IMG/VR virus record: IMGVR_UViG_3300037484_000104
Span: 28,399 to 92,398 of that record
DNA: 64,000 nucleotides
Direction: 5' to 3' (one strand)
Source of the DNA: a virus
This document shows positions 38,267 through 49,171 of this stretch, piece by piece; positions within the stretch are counted from its first letter, which is position 1, and each line of letters begins with the position of its first letter. The translations under genes were made by a program, and so were the position numbers. The notes beneath the pieces are model-generated. The model saw nothing but the letters and a program-made list of their open reading frames with translations. It did no database searches and was not told the DNA's origin.

Positions 38267-38550
38267 TAGTATCAAATAAGGTAGACCCAATTCTAAAGGA
38301 TTTATCTTTGAGATTCTACAAAGATATGAGGGTGATCAAGTTAATATGTGATCATCCTTTATTTTTTGTATCAGAACGTATCAAAGATCCTAATGACACA
38401 AGAGCAATAATGATCCCATTTTTTGGGAAGTTTGTGTTTAGATATGGTAAAACTATGGAGAGTAAGATAAAGAATGTAAAAAATCATGAGTCTAGAATAG
38501 CTCAGAAATGTAACCCAATTAGTAACCCTGACGTAACTGAGACCAAATGA
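38263..38550 (+). CDS. IHF/HU-like protein
   Basis: helix-helix followed by AIMIPFFGKF beta arm. Confidence 0.6.
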   Translation: MIVSNKVDPILKDLSLRFYKDMRVIKLICDHPLFFVSERIKDPNDTRAIMIPFFGKFVFRYGKTMESKIKNVKNHESRIAQKCNPISNPDVTETK

Positions 38551-39071
38551 TATTTGATATAGTAGGATCAACGATAGTGTTGAAAGCAGAATCTTTAGTA
38601 GTCCCTGAATTTAGAAAGTTATGGGATAGAGATAAATCTAAGGATAAGAAAAGAGCTATAAATGAAATAACTTATGCAGTATTTTTATGTGATAAATCTG
38701 ATAAGAATCCTTATAAAAATTATTCAGAGTTTGATAGAATAGTAATGTTAAAAAAGGATTTTGATATAAAAGAGATAGACTCACTAATACAAGAAGCAGT
38801 AGAGAAGTATAAAAAACTTAATACCACTAGATACGAAAGGGTTGTACATGCTGCTCTTGATTCACTAGAAGATATAGAAGATTACTATATAGGTATTAAA
38901 GAAAAAGATAAGAAAGAATTTGATATAAGTGAGTACTTAGGATCAATGGAAAAGTTAGGAAAAGCCATAAAGTCTCTGAGAGAGTTGGAAAAACAACTTG
39001 AAGCGGATAGGACTGAAGGTAGTAAAGTTCGAGGAGATAATCAAATTGGACTATATGAAATTCCAAAATAA
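38547..39071 (+). CDS. putative terminase small subunit
   Basis: MIFDI...WDRDKSKDK...KVRGD; directly upstream of terL. Confidence 0.5.
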   Translation: MIFDIVGSTIVLKAESLVVPEFRKLWDRDKSKDKKRAINEITYAVFLCDKSDKNPYKNYSEFDRIVMLKKDFDIKEIDSLIQEAVEKYKKLNTTRYERVVHAALDSLEDIEDYYIGIKEKDKKEFDISEYLGSMEKLGKAIKSLRELEKQLEADRTEGSKVRGDNQIGLYEIPK

Positions 39072-39073
39072 AT

Positions 39074-41080
39074 ATGTATACAGTAGAAGTTAAAAAGATA
39101 GTTAATACAGACAAATTTAGACAGGCAGCCATATGTTGGCAAAAGAATGGTTATTATACACCTCATCCAAAAGGTACTACAGCTTATATGAAGTACTGGG
39201 ATGAAGAAGTTCTTAGATGTCTAGAAGGGTATTTGACAGAAGATGGAGATTATATATCTGGATATAATTATTTCTACTTAAATTACTCCCCTATTATTAT
39301 AAGGGAAGAATTAGAGGTTGAGAGGAACGGTAAGAAGTTTAAAAAATTAAATAGTATACGTAGTTTTCCTAACTTCTGGGATTATGATAAGGCTTTCTTT
39401 GATGCAGTTGAAGAAGCTGAACAACAAGGTAAACATTTGACATTTCTAAAACCTCGTGGTATTGGAGCATCATTTAAAGGATCTAGTATGTTGACTAGAA
39501 ACTATTTCCTAATACCAGAATCTACATCACTAGCTATCACAGAAGAAATGGAATCTTTAACAAAAGATGGGATTCTTACTAAAGCTTGGGATATAGTAGA
39601 CTTTATAAATGAACATACTGCGTGGACAAAGAAGTCGCAGAAAGTAAATACTAAATTACATAAGAGAGCTTCTTTATTATTAGATAATGGAACAACTCAG
39701 TTAGAAGTAGGTTACAAATCAGAGATTATAGGATTAAGTGTCAAGAATAATCCAGATAAACCTCGTGGTAAACGATTTAAATTATGTGTGATAGACGAGG
39801 TTGGATTAATAACAAGTCCTATACATTTATACTCTAGTTTAAGGCATGGGGCTGAGGAAGATGGTGAAGCATTTGGATTAATTATACTCCAAGGTACCGG
39901 AGGTAAACAAGAAGCTGACTATTCAGAAATGCGTAAACTCTATTATGAACCTAATGTATATAACTTTCTAGAATGTAATAATATATGGGATGATGGAAAG
40001 TCAGGTACAGCTTGTGGATTCTTCTGGCCAAGATATTATAACATAAGAGGATTTATGGATGAGGATGGAAACTCCCTCATACAAGAAGCTAGAAAAAGAG
40101 AACAAGAAGAAAGAGAAAGAATTATAACAAAGGCCTCGGATAAAAATCAAATAGATATCCATTGTGCTGAAAGACCATTTTGTCCTGAAGAAAGTTTACT
40201 ACAAGTAAGTGGTAACATATTTCCTAAAAAGGATTTATTAAACCATTTATCCTATATACAAACTACTGAGGTTATTCGTAATTATAAACAAGTTGGTGAT
40301 TTAACCTTTGGTCCAAATGGAATACTAGAGTGGAGTCAGCAGGCTAAACCAAAAGATATAACTAAATATAATTTAGATAAGACTCAAGTTAAAGATGGTG
40401 CTATAGTGATATGGGAACACCCAGAACCAAATCCTCCTTGGGGATTATATCTAGCTGGAACTGATCCATACGATCATAATCAAGCAGAATCTAGTGATTC
40501 ATTAGGTTCTATATTTATATACAAAGGATTTCAATCATTAGGTAAAACTTCTGATACAATTGTAGCTGAGTATACAGGTCGACCAGCATCCGCTGACGAC
40601 TTTTATGAGAATGTAAGAAAACTATTAATATACTATAATGCTACATGTCTTTATGAAAATCAATGGCCAGGTCTCTCAGTATATATGAGGAATAAGCATT
40701 CAGATTACATGTTGGCGGATCAACCAAGTATTATATCAAAAATAATAAATGATAGTAGAGTCAATCGTGGTAAAGGTATCCACATGACTAATCAGATTAA
40801 AGACTGGGCTGAATTAAAGATAAGAGATTGGTTACTAGAAGAGTATGAGGAAGGTAAACTAAACCTTACTAAAATATTATCAGAACCCTTATTAGAAGAA
40901 CTTATAGCTTATAATGGAGAAGTTAATACTGATAGAGTTATTGCTTTAATGATGATTATGATATATAAAGAAGAATTACATGATCTGCATAATAAAAATA
41001 GAGAGGTAATCGTAAAAACTAAAAAGTTGTTTGAATATCCTGTGTTTGATATGAACAGAGAATTCACTACATTTAATTAA
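39074..41080 (+). CDS. terL: terminase large subunit
   Basis: KPRGIGAS (Walker A-like), VIDEVG (Walker B), GTGG, nuclease GTDPYD, EYTGRP, TDRVIA. Confidence 0.92.
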   Translation: MYTVEVKKIVNTDKFRQAAICWQKNGYYTPHPKGTTAYMKYWDEEVLRCLEGYLTEDGDYISGYNYFYLNYSPIIIREELEVERNGKKFKKLNSIRSFPNFWDYDKAFFDAVEEAEQQGKHLTFLKPRGIGASFKGSSMLTRNYFLIPESTSLAITEEMESLTKDGILTKAWDIVDFINEHTAWTKKSQKVNTKLHKRASLLLDNGTTQLEVGYKSEIIGLSVKNNPDKPRGKRFKLCVIDEVGLITSPIHLYSSLRHGAEEDGEAFGLIILQGTGGKQEADYSEMRKLYYEPNVYNFLECNNIWDDGKSGTACGFFWPRYYNIRGFMDEDGNSLIQEARKREQEERERIITKASDKNQIDIHCAERPFCPEESLLQVSGNIFPKKDLLNHLSYIQTTEVIRNYKQVGDLTFGPNGILEWSQQAKPKDITKYNLDKTQVKDGAIVIWEHPEPNPPWGLYLAGTDPYDHNQAESSDSLGSIFIYKGFQSLGKTSDTIVAEYTGRPASADDFYENVRKLLIYYNATCLYENQWPGLSVYMRNKHSDYMLADQPSIISKIINDSRVNRGKGIHMTNQIKDWAELKIRDWLLEEYEEGKLNLTKILSEPLLEELIAYNGEVNTDRVIALMMIMIYKEELHDLHNKNREVIVKTKKLFEYPVFDMNREFTTFN

Positions 41081-41088
41081 CGAAACAA

Positions 41089-43455
41089 ATGGATTTATAT
41101 TACAAACGAACGGAATTTCCAGTACAGAAATTACCACTAAAACAGAAGGATGAAGCTTGGAGGAGAGGGTGCGTAGATGTACTTATCTCTAGAGAAGGAT
41201 CTACTTACGCTAGTGGTAAATCTAGACGAGATATTCTAAGAACTAACTATGATTTATATAATGGAATCTTTAATGAAGATGACTTTAAATACGTAGTTAA
41301 TCCATATAATGTGGACGATGGTTTTCCAGCACATCCTCAAAGTATGAATATAATCAAGTCTAAAATAGATTTGCTTATAGGTGAGGAAACAAAACGTCCT
41401 TTCAATATTAAAGTATTCTCTACTAATGAGGAGTCTATCTCGCAGGTACAGGAAGTTAAGATGAACATGCTTATGGAAGAGTATATATCATCTACACTAG
41501 AGGGACAACCAGAAGAAGTTATAGATAAGAAGTTACAGGAAATAGATTCTTATATCAAGAATAAGTATTCTAGTGTAGCTGAGAAAACAGCTTACGACTC
41601 TCTTCAGTACTTACGTCAACAACTCTTATTAGAACATGAGTTTATCAAAGGTTGGAAAGACGGATTAATAGCAGGAGAAGAAGTATACTATACTGGAATT
41701 GTTAATGGAGAACCCATGTGTGAACGTGTAAATCCTTACCATTTCACTTATGATAACGATCCTGATATAGAGTATATAGAAGATGGAGATTGGGCCGTGA
41801 GACGCTTTAGAATGGCTCCTGGAGCAATATACGATAGGTTTCAGAACGTTATGGACGAATCAGATCTAGATAACCTACTTAAAATGGTTGGAGGAGATTC
41901 TCTAAAGACTAGACCTAGTGATGTTAACTTTAATACCATCATATATAAAGATAAGATTATCTCAGATATTACTAATGATGAATTCTTTAAAGGACAACTT
42001 ATACCTGTATGGCATACAGTATGGAAGTCATTTAAGAAGATATTCTACATAGTAGACGGAGAAGGTAATGATTTAGATGTTGTAGATGAATTCTTTAAAT
42101 TGTCAGACGAAGAGAAGGCAATGGGACTAACTCTACAAAAAGATTGGATTACTGAAACATGGGAAGGGTTTAGAATAGGTACAGATATATACTTAGAAAT
42201 ACGTCCTGTAGAATACCAATATCAGTCATTAGAAAATCCTAAGGTATCTAAACTCCCTTATGTAGGGGCTAAATATAATTGTACTAATACTAAGAATAGA
42301 TCTCTAGTGGATACTATGAAATCTTTACAGTATATGTATATAGTAGTTTGGTATCGTCTAGAGTTAGCTTTGGCTAGAGATAAAGGTAAGATAATCACTA
42401 TGGATATCACACAAATTCCTAAATCAATGGGGATTGATATCAAACAATGGATGCATTACTTATCTGCATTAGGTGTCAACTTAGTTAATCCATATGAAGA
42501 AGGTTGGGATATACCTGGTCGTTCTGGTGGACATCCCGCTTCTATGAACCAATTTGGTCAAGCAGATTTAACTATGTCTAAAGTAATTGCTGACTATATA
42601 GGTTTATTAGATAAAATTGAAGAAATGTGTGGAGAACTTTCTGGAGTATCTAGACAACGTCAAGGATCTATAGCATCTAATGAATTAGTTGGTAATGTAC
42701 AGAGATCAGTAGTACAGTCTAGTCATATAACAGAACCTCTATTTGAGATACATAATCAAGTTAAACGTAGGACATACACTGCTTTACTTAACTGTGCTAA
42801 ATATGCTTGGACTGAGAATAAACGTAAGAAGTTAAACTTTATAGTAGATGACTTTTCTAGGACATTCTTAAATATAGATGATGACTTTCTATACTCAGAC
42901 TTCGATGTGTTTGTAAATGATTCAACTAGAGAAAATCAGAACTTAGAGGCATTAAAAGGTCTTATTCAACCAGCTATGCAAAATGGAGCTACTCTATCAG
43001 ATGCTGCTTTAATACTTACAACAGAGAGTATATCTGAAGTTAGGAATAAGTTACAAGAGATAGAAGAACGTAGAGTTCAGCAACAACAGGCTATGGAACA
43101 ACAGCAACAACAGATGAATGCTATGATTGCTCAACAACAAGCAGAAGCTATGGCAGAAGATAGACGTATTAAAGAAGAGGATTCTATACGTAAATCTGAA
43201 ACACAGATTCAAGTTGCTTTAATTGGGGCAGAATCTAATAGCGAACCTGATATGGATAATAGTGATGAAGATACTGGATTAGAGGCCCAAAAGCTTGGAT
43301 TACAGACACGTAAGATAGAAAACGATAGTAGACTTAAGCAAGCTCAAATAAATGAAGTGGTGAGGTCTAATATGGTGTCTGAGAGGCAGAAAGAAAAAGA
43401 GATAGCTATTAAACAAAAGGTTGCAAATCGACCAATTAGTAAATCAACAAAATAA
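41089..43455 (+). CDS. portal protein
   Basis: 788 aa after terL; PVQKLP..K...W, NIIKSKIDLLIGEE, SGVSRQRQG, C-terminal Q-rich coil. Confidence 0.9.
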   Translation: MDLYYKRTEFPVQKLPLKQKDEAWRRGCVDVLISREGSTYASGKSRRDILRTNYDLYNGIFNEDDFKYVVNPYNVDDGFPAHPQSMNIIKSKIDLLIGEETKRPFNIKVFSTNEESISQVQEVKMNMLMEEYISSTLEGQPEEVIDKKLQEIDSYIKNKYSSVAEKTAYDSLQYLRQQLLLEHEFIKGWKDGLIAGEEVYYTGIVNGEPMCERVNPYHFTYDNDPDIEYIEDGDWAVRRFRMAPGAIYDRFQNVMDESDLDNLLKMVGGDSLKTRPSDVNFNTIIYKDKIISDITNDEFFKGQLIPVWHTVWKSFKKIFYIVDGEGNDLDVVDEFFKLSDEEKAMGLTLQKDWITETWEGFRIGTDIYLEIRPVEYQYQSLENPKVSKLPYVGAKYNCTNTKNRSLVDTMKSLQYMYIVVWYRLELALARDKGKIITMDITQIPKSMGIDIKQWMHYLSALGVNLVNPYEEGWDIPGRSGGHPASMNQFGQADLTMSKVIADYIGLLDKIEEMCGELSGVSRQRQGSIASNELVGNVQRSVVQSSHITEPLFEIHNQVKRRTYTALLNCAKYAWTENKRKKLNFIVDDFSRTFLNIDDDFLYSDFDVFVNDSTRENQNLEALKGLIQPAMQNGATLSDAALILTTESISEVRNKLQEIEERRVQQQQAMEQQQQQMNAMIAQQQAEAMAEDRRIKEEDSIRKSETQIQVALIGAESNSEPDMDNSDEDTGLEAQKLGLQTRKIENDSRLKQAQINEVVRSNMVSERQKEKEIAIKQKVANRPISKSTK

Positions 43456-44012
43456 TGGAATTAAAGAAACCAACAACAATTAAATCTCCAGACAGATTAG
43501 GAGTAACCATTAAGCGCCTCTCTTCTGTCTTGGAGAAAGATTTAAATAGTCATATAGAAGCAGAAGCTTACTCCTCACAGATATACTTAGCTATGTCAAT
43601 GTGGTGTAAGGATAATGGATATTTCGGTGCAGCTAAACTATTTAAGAAGTATTCAGATGAGGAATTAACTCATATGAACAAGATATATGAATTTTTACTA
43701 GATAGGGATTGTTGCCCTATTACTCCAGCAATAAGTAAACCTCAGAATGAATATCTAGATATATTAGATGTAATAGAAACATCCTATAAACATGAGATAA
43801 GTGTATCTGATTCATATTACATAACAGCAGATTTAGCCCTTAAAGAAGGATGTCATGCTGGATATGTATTTACTCAATGGTTTGTAAAAGAACAAATTGA
43901 AGAGGAAGCTAAGTTTGCTGATCTTATATACAAATACAACATTCTTATGAAGACTGGGGTTACAGGTATAGCCCTTATGGAATTTGATGGAATATTAGAA
44001 GAATACAATTAA
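43455..44012 (+). CDS. ftnA: non-heme ferritin
   Basis: ferroxidase residues: EAYSSQIYLAM, DEELTHM, HEISVS, WFVKEQIEEE. Confidence 0.9.
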   Translation: MELKKPTTIKSPDRLGVTIKRLSSVLEKDLNSHIEAEAYSSQIYLAMSMWCKDNGYFGAAKLFKKYSDEELTHMNKIYEFLLDRDCCPITPAISKPQNEYLDILDVIETSYKHEISVSDSYYITADLALKEGCHAGYVFTQWFVKEQIEEEAKFADLIYKYNILMKTGVTGIALMEFDGILEEYN

Positions 44013-44024
44013 TAATTAATTATT

Positions 44025-45215
44025 ATGGCAAAAAATAAAGGATTCGGTGGATTTGACGAAATGAGTGATATGTTCCTACCATTTAATGAAGCAGGTAGTG
44101 ATACTATAGTAGATCCCGAAGAAATTGAAAGACAAATGGCTAAGTTAGATGATGTAGATGAAATACCTACAGATACTGATGAACCAAAGAAATCGGAGGT
44201 AAAATCTCCTGAGAAGCAATCTAAACCAACTGTTAAAAGAGTTGAGACGTTAGAAGAAGATAAAGATATAGAGGAAAAAGTGCTTGAGGCTATCGACAAT
44301 AAATTAACTAAACCTTCAGAAGAAACAAAATTAGATGAAGAGTTAGTTGAGGTAGAATATGAAGAGGCTGATTTAGTAGATGCATTTGCTGATATATTTG
44401 TTGAAGAATTAGATTGGAAATTTGAAGAAGGTGAAAAACCTAAATCAATTAAGGAATTAGTAGAGTACATGCAAAATGTAATTGAAGAAAATTCTGCTCC
44501 AAGTTATGCTAGCGATGATATAAAAGCATTAGATGAATTTGTTAAAAATGGTGGGGAATTATCTGATTTTTATAAACAAGTTTATACAACTGAGATTAAT
44601 ATTGACACTGTAGATTTAACAAAGGAATCTAATCAGAAGATTATAATTAAAGAAAGTCTTCGTAATAAAGGTTATTCTGAACAACGTATAGAAAAGTTAA
44701 TTTCTCGTTACGAGGTTTCTGATTCTCTAGAAGAAGAAGCTCAAGACTCTTTAGAAGAGGTTAAGGAACATAGAGAAAAAGTTAAAACTCAGCTATTAGA
44801 GACACAGAAAAAACAAGCTGCTATTGAATTAAAACAACAACAAGACTTTATATCAAGCGTACAGAAAATCATAGACGAAGCCAAAGATGTGCGTGGTTTC
44901 GAACTTTCTAAGAAAGAAAAGCAAGAACTCGTAGACTACATATTCAAACCGGATAAAGATGGTATGACTAGGTATCAAAAGGAGTATAACAATGACCTCC
45001 GCAATCTAGTTGAATCTGCTTTCTTTACAATGAAAGGTAAAGATTTTGAGCAACAAATGGAAAAAAAAGCTACCACAGAAGCTATAAAGAAGCTTAAATT
45101 GAAATTAAAGACAAAAGGAAAGAGCACAAAGAATGCTGAATCCGATCAAGAAGAGTCAAATAGTAAAGTTCCCAACCTCTGGGATCTAGCAGGTAGAGAA
45201 TTAAGAAAATTTTAA
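44025..45215 (+). CDS. putative capsid scaffolding protein
   Basis: very acidic 396 aa protein immediately before the MCP. Confidence 0.65.
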   Translation: MAKNKGFGGFDEMSDMFLPFNEAGSDTIVDPEEIERQMAKLDDVDEIPTDTDEPKKSEVKSPEKQSKPTVKRVETLEEDKDIEEKVLEAIDNKLTKPSEETKLDEELVEVEYEEADLVDAFADIFVEELDWKFEEGEKPKSIKELVEYMQNVIEENSAPSYASDDIKALDEFVKNGGELSDFYKQVYTTEINIDTVDLTKESNQKIIIKESLRNKGYSEQRIEKLISRYEVSDSLEEEAQDSLEEVKEHREKVKTQLLETQKKQAAIELKQQQDFISSVQKIIDEAKDVRGFELSKKEKQELVDYIFKPDKDGMTRYQKEYNNDLRNLVESAFFTMKGKDFEQQMEKKATTEAIKKLKLKLKTKGKSTKNAESDQEESNSKVPNLWDLAGRELRKF

Positions 45216-45238
45216 ACATTAATTTAAATTAAAACAAA

Positions 45239-46711
45239 ATGCAAGATACCGTATTAAATAATCTTCAACTCTTTAGGTCCAAATATTTTTCTGGACTTGT
45301 AGACGAGAATATGCTTTCTAATGCTTTAGTTACGGAGCCTCATAGAGTGTCTAATGTTTTATCCTATATTTTCGGACGTTATGAAAATACTACTGTTGAC
45401 TTTTTGACAGCAGGTTTAGGTAAAACAATCATCACTGAAAATCGTCAGTATGAGTGGCCTGTAATGATTGAAAGCGAAAAAGCAATTTCAATTAAACAAG
45501 CTAGATGGCAGGGTTCCGCTGTAGTATCAACTGATACTCCTGGTCAAAATGGTTCTCCTATTCAATTGTGGTTAGGTGAAAAATGGTTTGGTCCTGGTGC
45601 TATCCTCGAATTTGATGATAAAGAATATCAAGTAATTGTACAGGGTACTCCATATCAAGATGGTAGTGATTGGGTTTATACAGTTGTTGTGGCTGATGGT
45701 CAGTCTACATCATATATTCTTCCATCATTATTAGCTGCTGGAAAACAAGTATCACGTGCTGGTTCTGCTTATCCTGAATACAGTGAAGAAGCTGATATCG
45801 TGAACTATCAAACACCGTTTAAATTACGTAACCAATTAACTACTATGCGTTTATCGTATGATATTACTGGTTCTGCTTTATCCGATTTGATGGTAATAGC
45901 AATGCGTGATCCTAAAACTAAAAGGACTTCTTATTTATGGAGTGACTATCAAGAATGGATTGCCTTACGTCAATGGTACAATACTATTGAATACCAGTTG
46001 GTATACGATAAGTACAGTAGCAATGCTGATGGTAGCACAGACTTAGTTGGTTCTAATGGACGTCCTATTTATAGAGGCTCTGGTTTGTTACAACAGATCG
46101 CTCCTTCTAATCGTCAATCATATACTACACTTACTGCAGACTTAGTAGAAGACTTCTTATTCAATCTTGCCTATAATGTACTTGGTAATAGCGAACGTAA
46201 ATTCGTAGCTCTTACAGGTGAAATGGGTATGAAAGAATTCGATCGTATATTGAGAGCCAAGGCTTCTTCTTATACACTCGTAGATACTAAATTTGTAACT
46301 GGTAGTGGTCAAGACCTTACTTTAGGTGGACAGTTTACAACTTATAAGATGCTCAATGGTATTGAATTAACATTGAAACATTTCCCACTTTACGATAATA
46401 TCGTTAAGAACAGAAAGTTGCATCCAATTAGTGGTAAACCACTTGAATCCTATCGTATGACTTTCATTGATTTTGGTAACCGTGATGGTGAATCCAATAT
46501 CCAAAAAGTTGTTAAAAAGGGTCGTGAAATGGTTATGTGGCATACAGGTGGGTCTGCAGCTCCTGGAACAGGATTTGCAAAATCTATCAATACACTCCGT
46601 TCTAATGCAAAAGACGGATACCAAGTTCACTTCTTATCAGAACAAGGTATTATGATGAAAGATCCTACTTCGGCAGGTGAACTCTATGTATCTAGTGAAT
46701 ATGGAATTTAA
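45239..46711 (+). CDS. major capsid protein (HK97 fold, crAss type)
   Basis: 490 aa; DENMLSNAL, YEWPV, ESYRMTFIDF, DGYQVHFLSEQGI; followed by a terminator. Confidence 0.9.
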   Translation: MQDTVLNNLQLFRSKYFSGLVDENMLSNALVTEPHRVSNVLSYIFGRYENTTVDFLTAGLGKTIITENRQYEWPVMIESEKAISIKQARWQGSAVVSTDTPGQNGSPIQLWLGEKWFGPGAILEFDDKEYQVIVQGTPYQDGSDWVYTVVVADGQSTSYILPSLLAAGKQVSRAGSAYPEYSEEADIVNYQTPFKLRNQLTTMRLSYDITGSALSDLMVIAMRDPKTKRTSYLWSDYQEWIALRQWYNTIEYQLVYDKYSSNADGSTDLVGSNGRPIYRGSGLLQQIAPSNRQSYTTLTADLVEDFLFNLAYNVLGNSERKFVALTGEMGMKEFDRILRAKASSYTLVDTKFVTGSGQDLTLGGQFTTYKMLNGIELTLKHFPLYDNIVKNRKLHPISGKPLESYRMTFIDFGNRDGESNIQKVVKKGREMVMWHTGGSAAPGTGFAKSINTLRSNAKDGYQVHFLSEQGIMMKDPTSAGELYVSSEYGI

Positions 46712-46725
46712 TAAGTAATTAAAGA

Positions 46726-46756
46726 AGGGGGAGTGAAATATCTCCCCTAACTTTTT
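46726..46756 (+). terminator. intrinsic terminator after MCP
   Basis: AGGGGGAG...TCTCCCCT hairpin plus T-tract. Confidence 0.7.
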
Positions 46757-46785
46757 ATAAATGTTTAACTCTTAATTTAAAATTA

Positions 46786-47574
46786 ATGGAAGTTATATTG
46801 AGACCCCTGCTTAGAAATGCAATGCCGGGAGTGCGAGGAAGATTTAAAAATTGTTTTGACTGGATTGGTACATACTACACCAGAGCTGGAAATTTACATA
46901 CAGGATTGGTAGAAGAAGATAAATCTTTGAAATTAGAACCAGGAACAACTGCTGGTAGGTTAGAAAAAATATTACAAATGGAACCAGGTACGTTGTTACC
47001 CTACTCCAATTTTTGGAAAACTTTTTATGTTAGAACTGATAGTAAAGATATTGTACTAAATACTGAGATACCTGATGATGAAGTTAAGTATTTATTCTTA
47101 AAGAGTCATAAGGATGTAGCAGATGGATTTAGTGACATGAGTAAACCAAAAGCTGATTATGTATTAATCAATAAAGAAATTGAAGCATTAGAGTCCAATA
47201 AGAATGGACAATTACGTAGAAAAGCTGCTATAGAGTTTAATAAATTATCTCTTACAGATATGCGTAAACTATTGCGTTTATATGGACATCGTTCAGATAA
47301 CCTTAGTTCAGAATTAGTTGAAAATAGACTGTATGAAATGGTTGAACGTGATCCTAAAAAGTTCTTTGATAAATGGGTTGATAATAAACGTCGGGAAACA
47401 GAATTCCTAATATCAGATGCTATTGCAAAGAATGTAATGAAAAAGAATAAATCTGAGTATAAATATGGAGTAGACACAATAGGTATGACCCTAGATGATG
47501 CTATTAATTATTTAGATTCTACAGAACATCGAGATTTAAAATTAACTATTATAAATGAAGTAAATAGTAAGTAA
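46786..47574 (+). CDS. conserved crAss-like virion-associated protein
   Basis: 262 aa; conserved position after the MCP. Confidence 0.6.
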   Translation: MEVILRPLLRNAMPGVRGRFKNCFDWIGTYYTRAGNLHTGLVEEDKSLKLEPGTTAGRLEKILQMEPGTLLPYSNFWKTFYVRTDSKDIVLNTEIPDDEVKYLFLKSHKDVADGFSDMSKPKADYVLINKEIEALESNKNGQLRRKAAIEFNKLSLTDMRKLLRLYGHRSDNLSSELVENRLYEMVERDPKKFFDKWVDNKRRETEFLISDAIAKNVMKKNKSEYKYGVDTIGMTLDDAINYLDSTEHRDLKLTIINEVNSK

Positions 47575-48272
47575 TGACAGTACCAGAAATGCATATTGCT
47601 GTACGATTAGGTTTAGATAAAACCTCATCTTTTGAATACGCTAGTTTTCAACAAGAAGAATTGGATTTCTGGCTTAATGAGTCTCAAGAAAGGTTTATTA
47701 AACAAAGATTGTTTGGTAATAACTATAAACAAGAGAAGTATGATCAGACTCAGAAACGTATAGATGATCTTAAAACTTTAGTAGTTGTTGCTTCAGAAAT
47801 TACATTAACTGGAAGTTATCTAGGTTCAAATGTAAGAGAAGCAGCATTACCAGTATCTGATCTAACTAATCCTTATATGTTTTATCTAAATTCTACTGTT
47901 TATGATACAACAGGAGATGCTTTACAAACAGGAGATGTTATATCAACGGATCTTATAAGTAGATATATAAAGGATTCAGTAAACAATCCTTATATATTTA
48001 GACCTCTAGTTTATTTTTACTACATAGGTAATAGTAGATTAGCATTTATTCATGGAGATGAATTTTATCCAATTACTTGTGATATTACTTATATAAAGAG
48101 ACCTAAGAAGTTAATATATAGTTCTCCAGGAACATACGAAACTACTACTTGTGAATTGTCCGAACATACTCATAAAGAGATAGTTTCTATATGTGTAAAT
48201 CTACTATTAGAAAATATAGAGTCTCCTAGAACACAATCTTTTCCTCAAATTAATTCATCTACAGTAGAATAA
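47574..48272 (+). CDS. head-tail ring/adaptor protein
   Basis: MT..EM...WLN...QTQKRIDDL.TLV...CELSEHTHKEIV. Confidence 0.7.
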   Translation: MTVPEMHIAVRLGLDKTSSFEYASFQQEELDFWLNESQERFIKQRLFGNNYKQEKYDQTQKRIDDLKTLVVVASEITLTGSYLGSNVREAALPVSDLTNPYMFYLNSTVYDTTGDALQTGDVISTDLISRYIKDSVNNPYIFRPLVYFYYIGNSRLAFIHGDEFYPITCDITYIKRPKKLIYSSPGTYETTTCELSEHTHKEIVSICVNLLLENIESPRTQSFPQINSSTVE

Positions 48273-48312
48273 TTCGTTTCACTCATTGGTTCACTAACGT
48301 TCACAAAATAAT

Positions 48313-48987
48313 ATGACAGCAAGAGAAATGCAAGTAGCTTTTGAAAGAGAGGCCAATTTTCAAGATCCTATAGTTAAACCTACCTCAACAGAAATATTCT
48401 ATTGGATAAATAAAGCCATAGATACTTTTGTAAAGAATAGATATACTGGAAATAATCCAAAGAGAGAGGGTTTTGAACAGACTCAAAAGCGTATTGATGA
48501 TATAAGAACGTTAGTAACAGAAGCTAGTATTAACACATCTGTAGGTACAATTAAACCTAATTCATATACAGCAACTATTCCTTCTGGTTACTTATTTACA
48601 CTAGGAGAAGAAGCAACTATATCGTATACAAGGAATGGATCTACTGAGACCGCCAGGAAGGGCATTTTAGAGACCACCACTGATAGATATAGGGATGATG
48701 TGGATAATCCTTTCAGTGAACATATATTGTTCAACTACGAGGCTAAACCACTTAGATTATATAGGGGGGCAATTGTAGAACTTATATCAGATGGAACCTA
48801 TACAATTCCAACATATCACTTAAGATATTTAACTTCCCCAACAGTTGTAGCATTACCTTCAACATCATGTAATCTACCTGAACATACTCATTATGAAGTA
48901 GTTAAAATTGCTACAAAGATGTATTTGGAAAGAACTAAAGATCCTAGACAACAAACCTATAATAACGAAATTGTTACTATGGAGTAA
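48313..48987 (+). CDS. head-tail ring protein (paralog of the preceding gene)
   Basis: shares QTQKRIDD.RTLV and C.L.EHTH.EVV with 47574. Confidence 0.7.
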   Translation: MTAREMQVAFEREANFQDPIVKPTSTEIFYWINKAIDTFVKNRYTGNNPKREGFEQTQKRIDDIRTLVTEASINTSVGTIKPNSYTATIPSGYLFTLGEEATISYTRNGSTETARKGILETTTDRYRDDVDNPFSEHILFNYEAKPLRLYRGAIVELISDGTYTIPTYHLRYLTSPTVVALPSTSCNLPEHTHYEVVKIATKMYLERTKDPRQQTYNNEIVTME

Positions 48988-49171
48988 CAAACAATATACA
49001 TTACTGGTTCGACGTGGAAATGCCGATTAGTAACATACTAGACGATAGCCTAGAAATAGGTCTGCAAAGTAGAAGAACTTGTACGTTGTACACTTCTCTA
49101 CAGAAACCAAACAATGTATGAGGCTTTAATAAGCCAAAAATAAAGTGTATAACTTAAAACAAATAAAAACA

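Noticed and set aside
48273-48305. GTTCAC micro-repeat between the ring genes
   Set aside because: Three short imperfect copies only; too little to assign a function.
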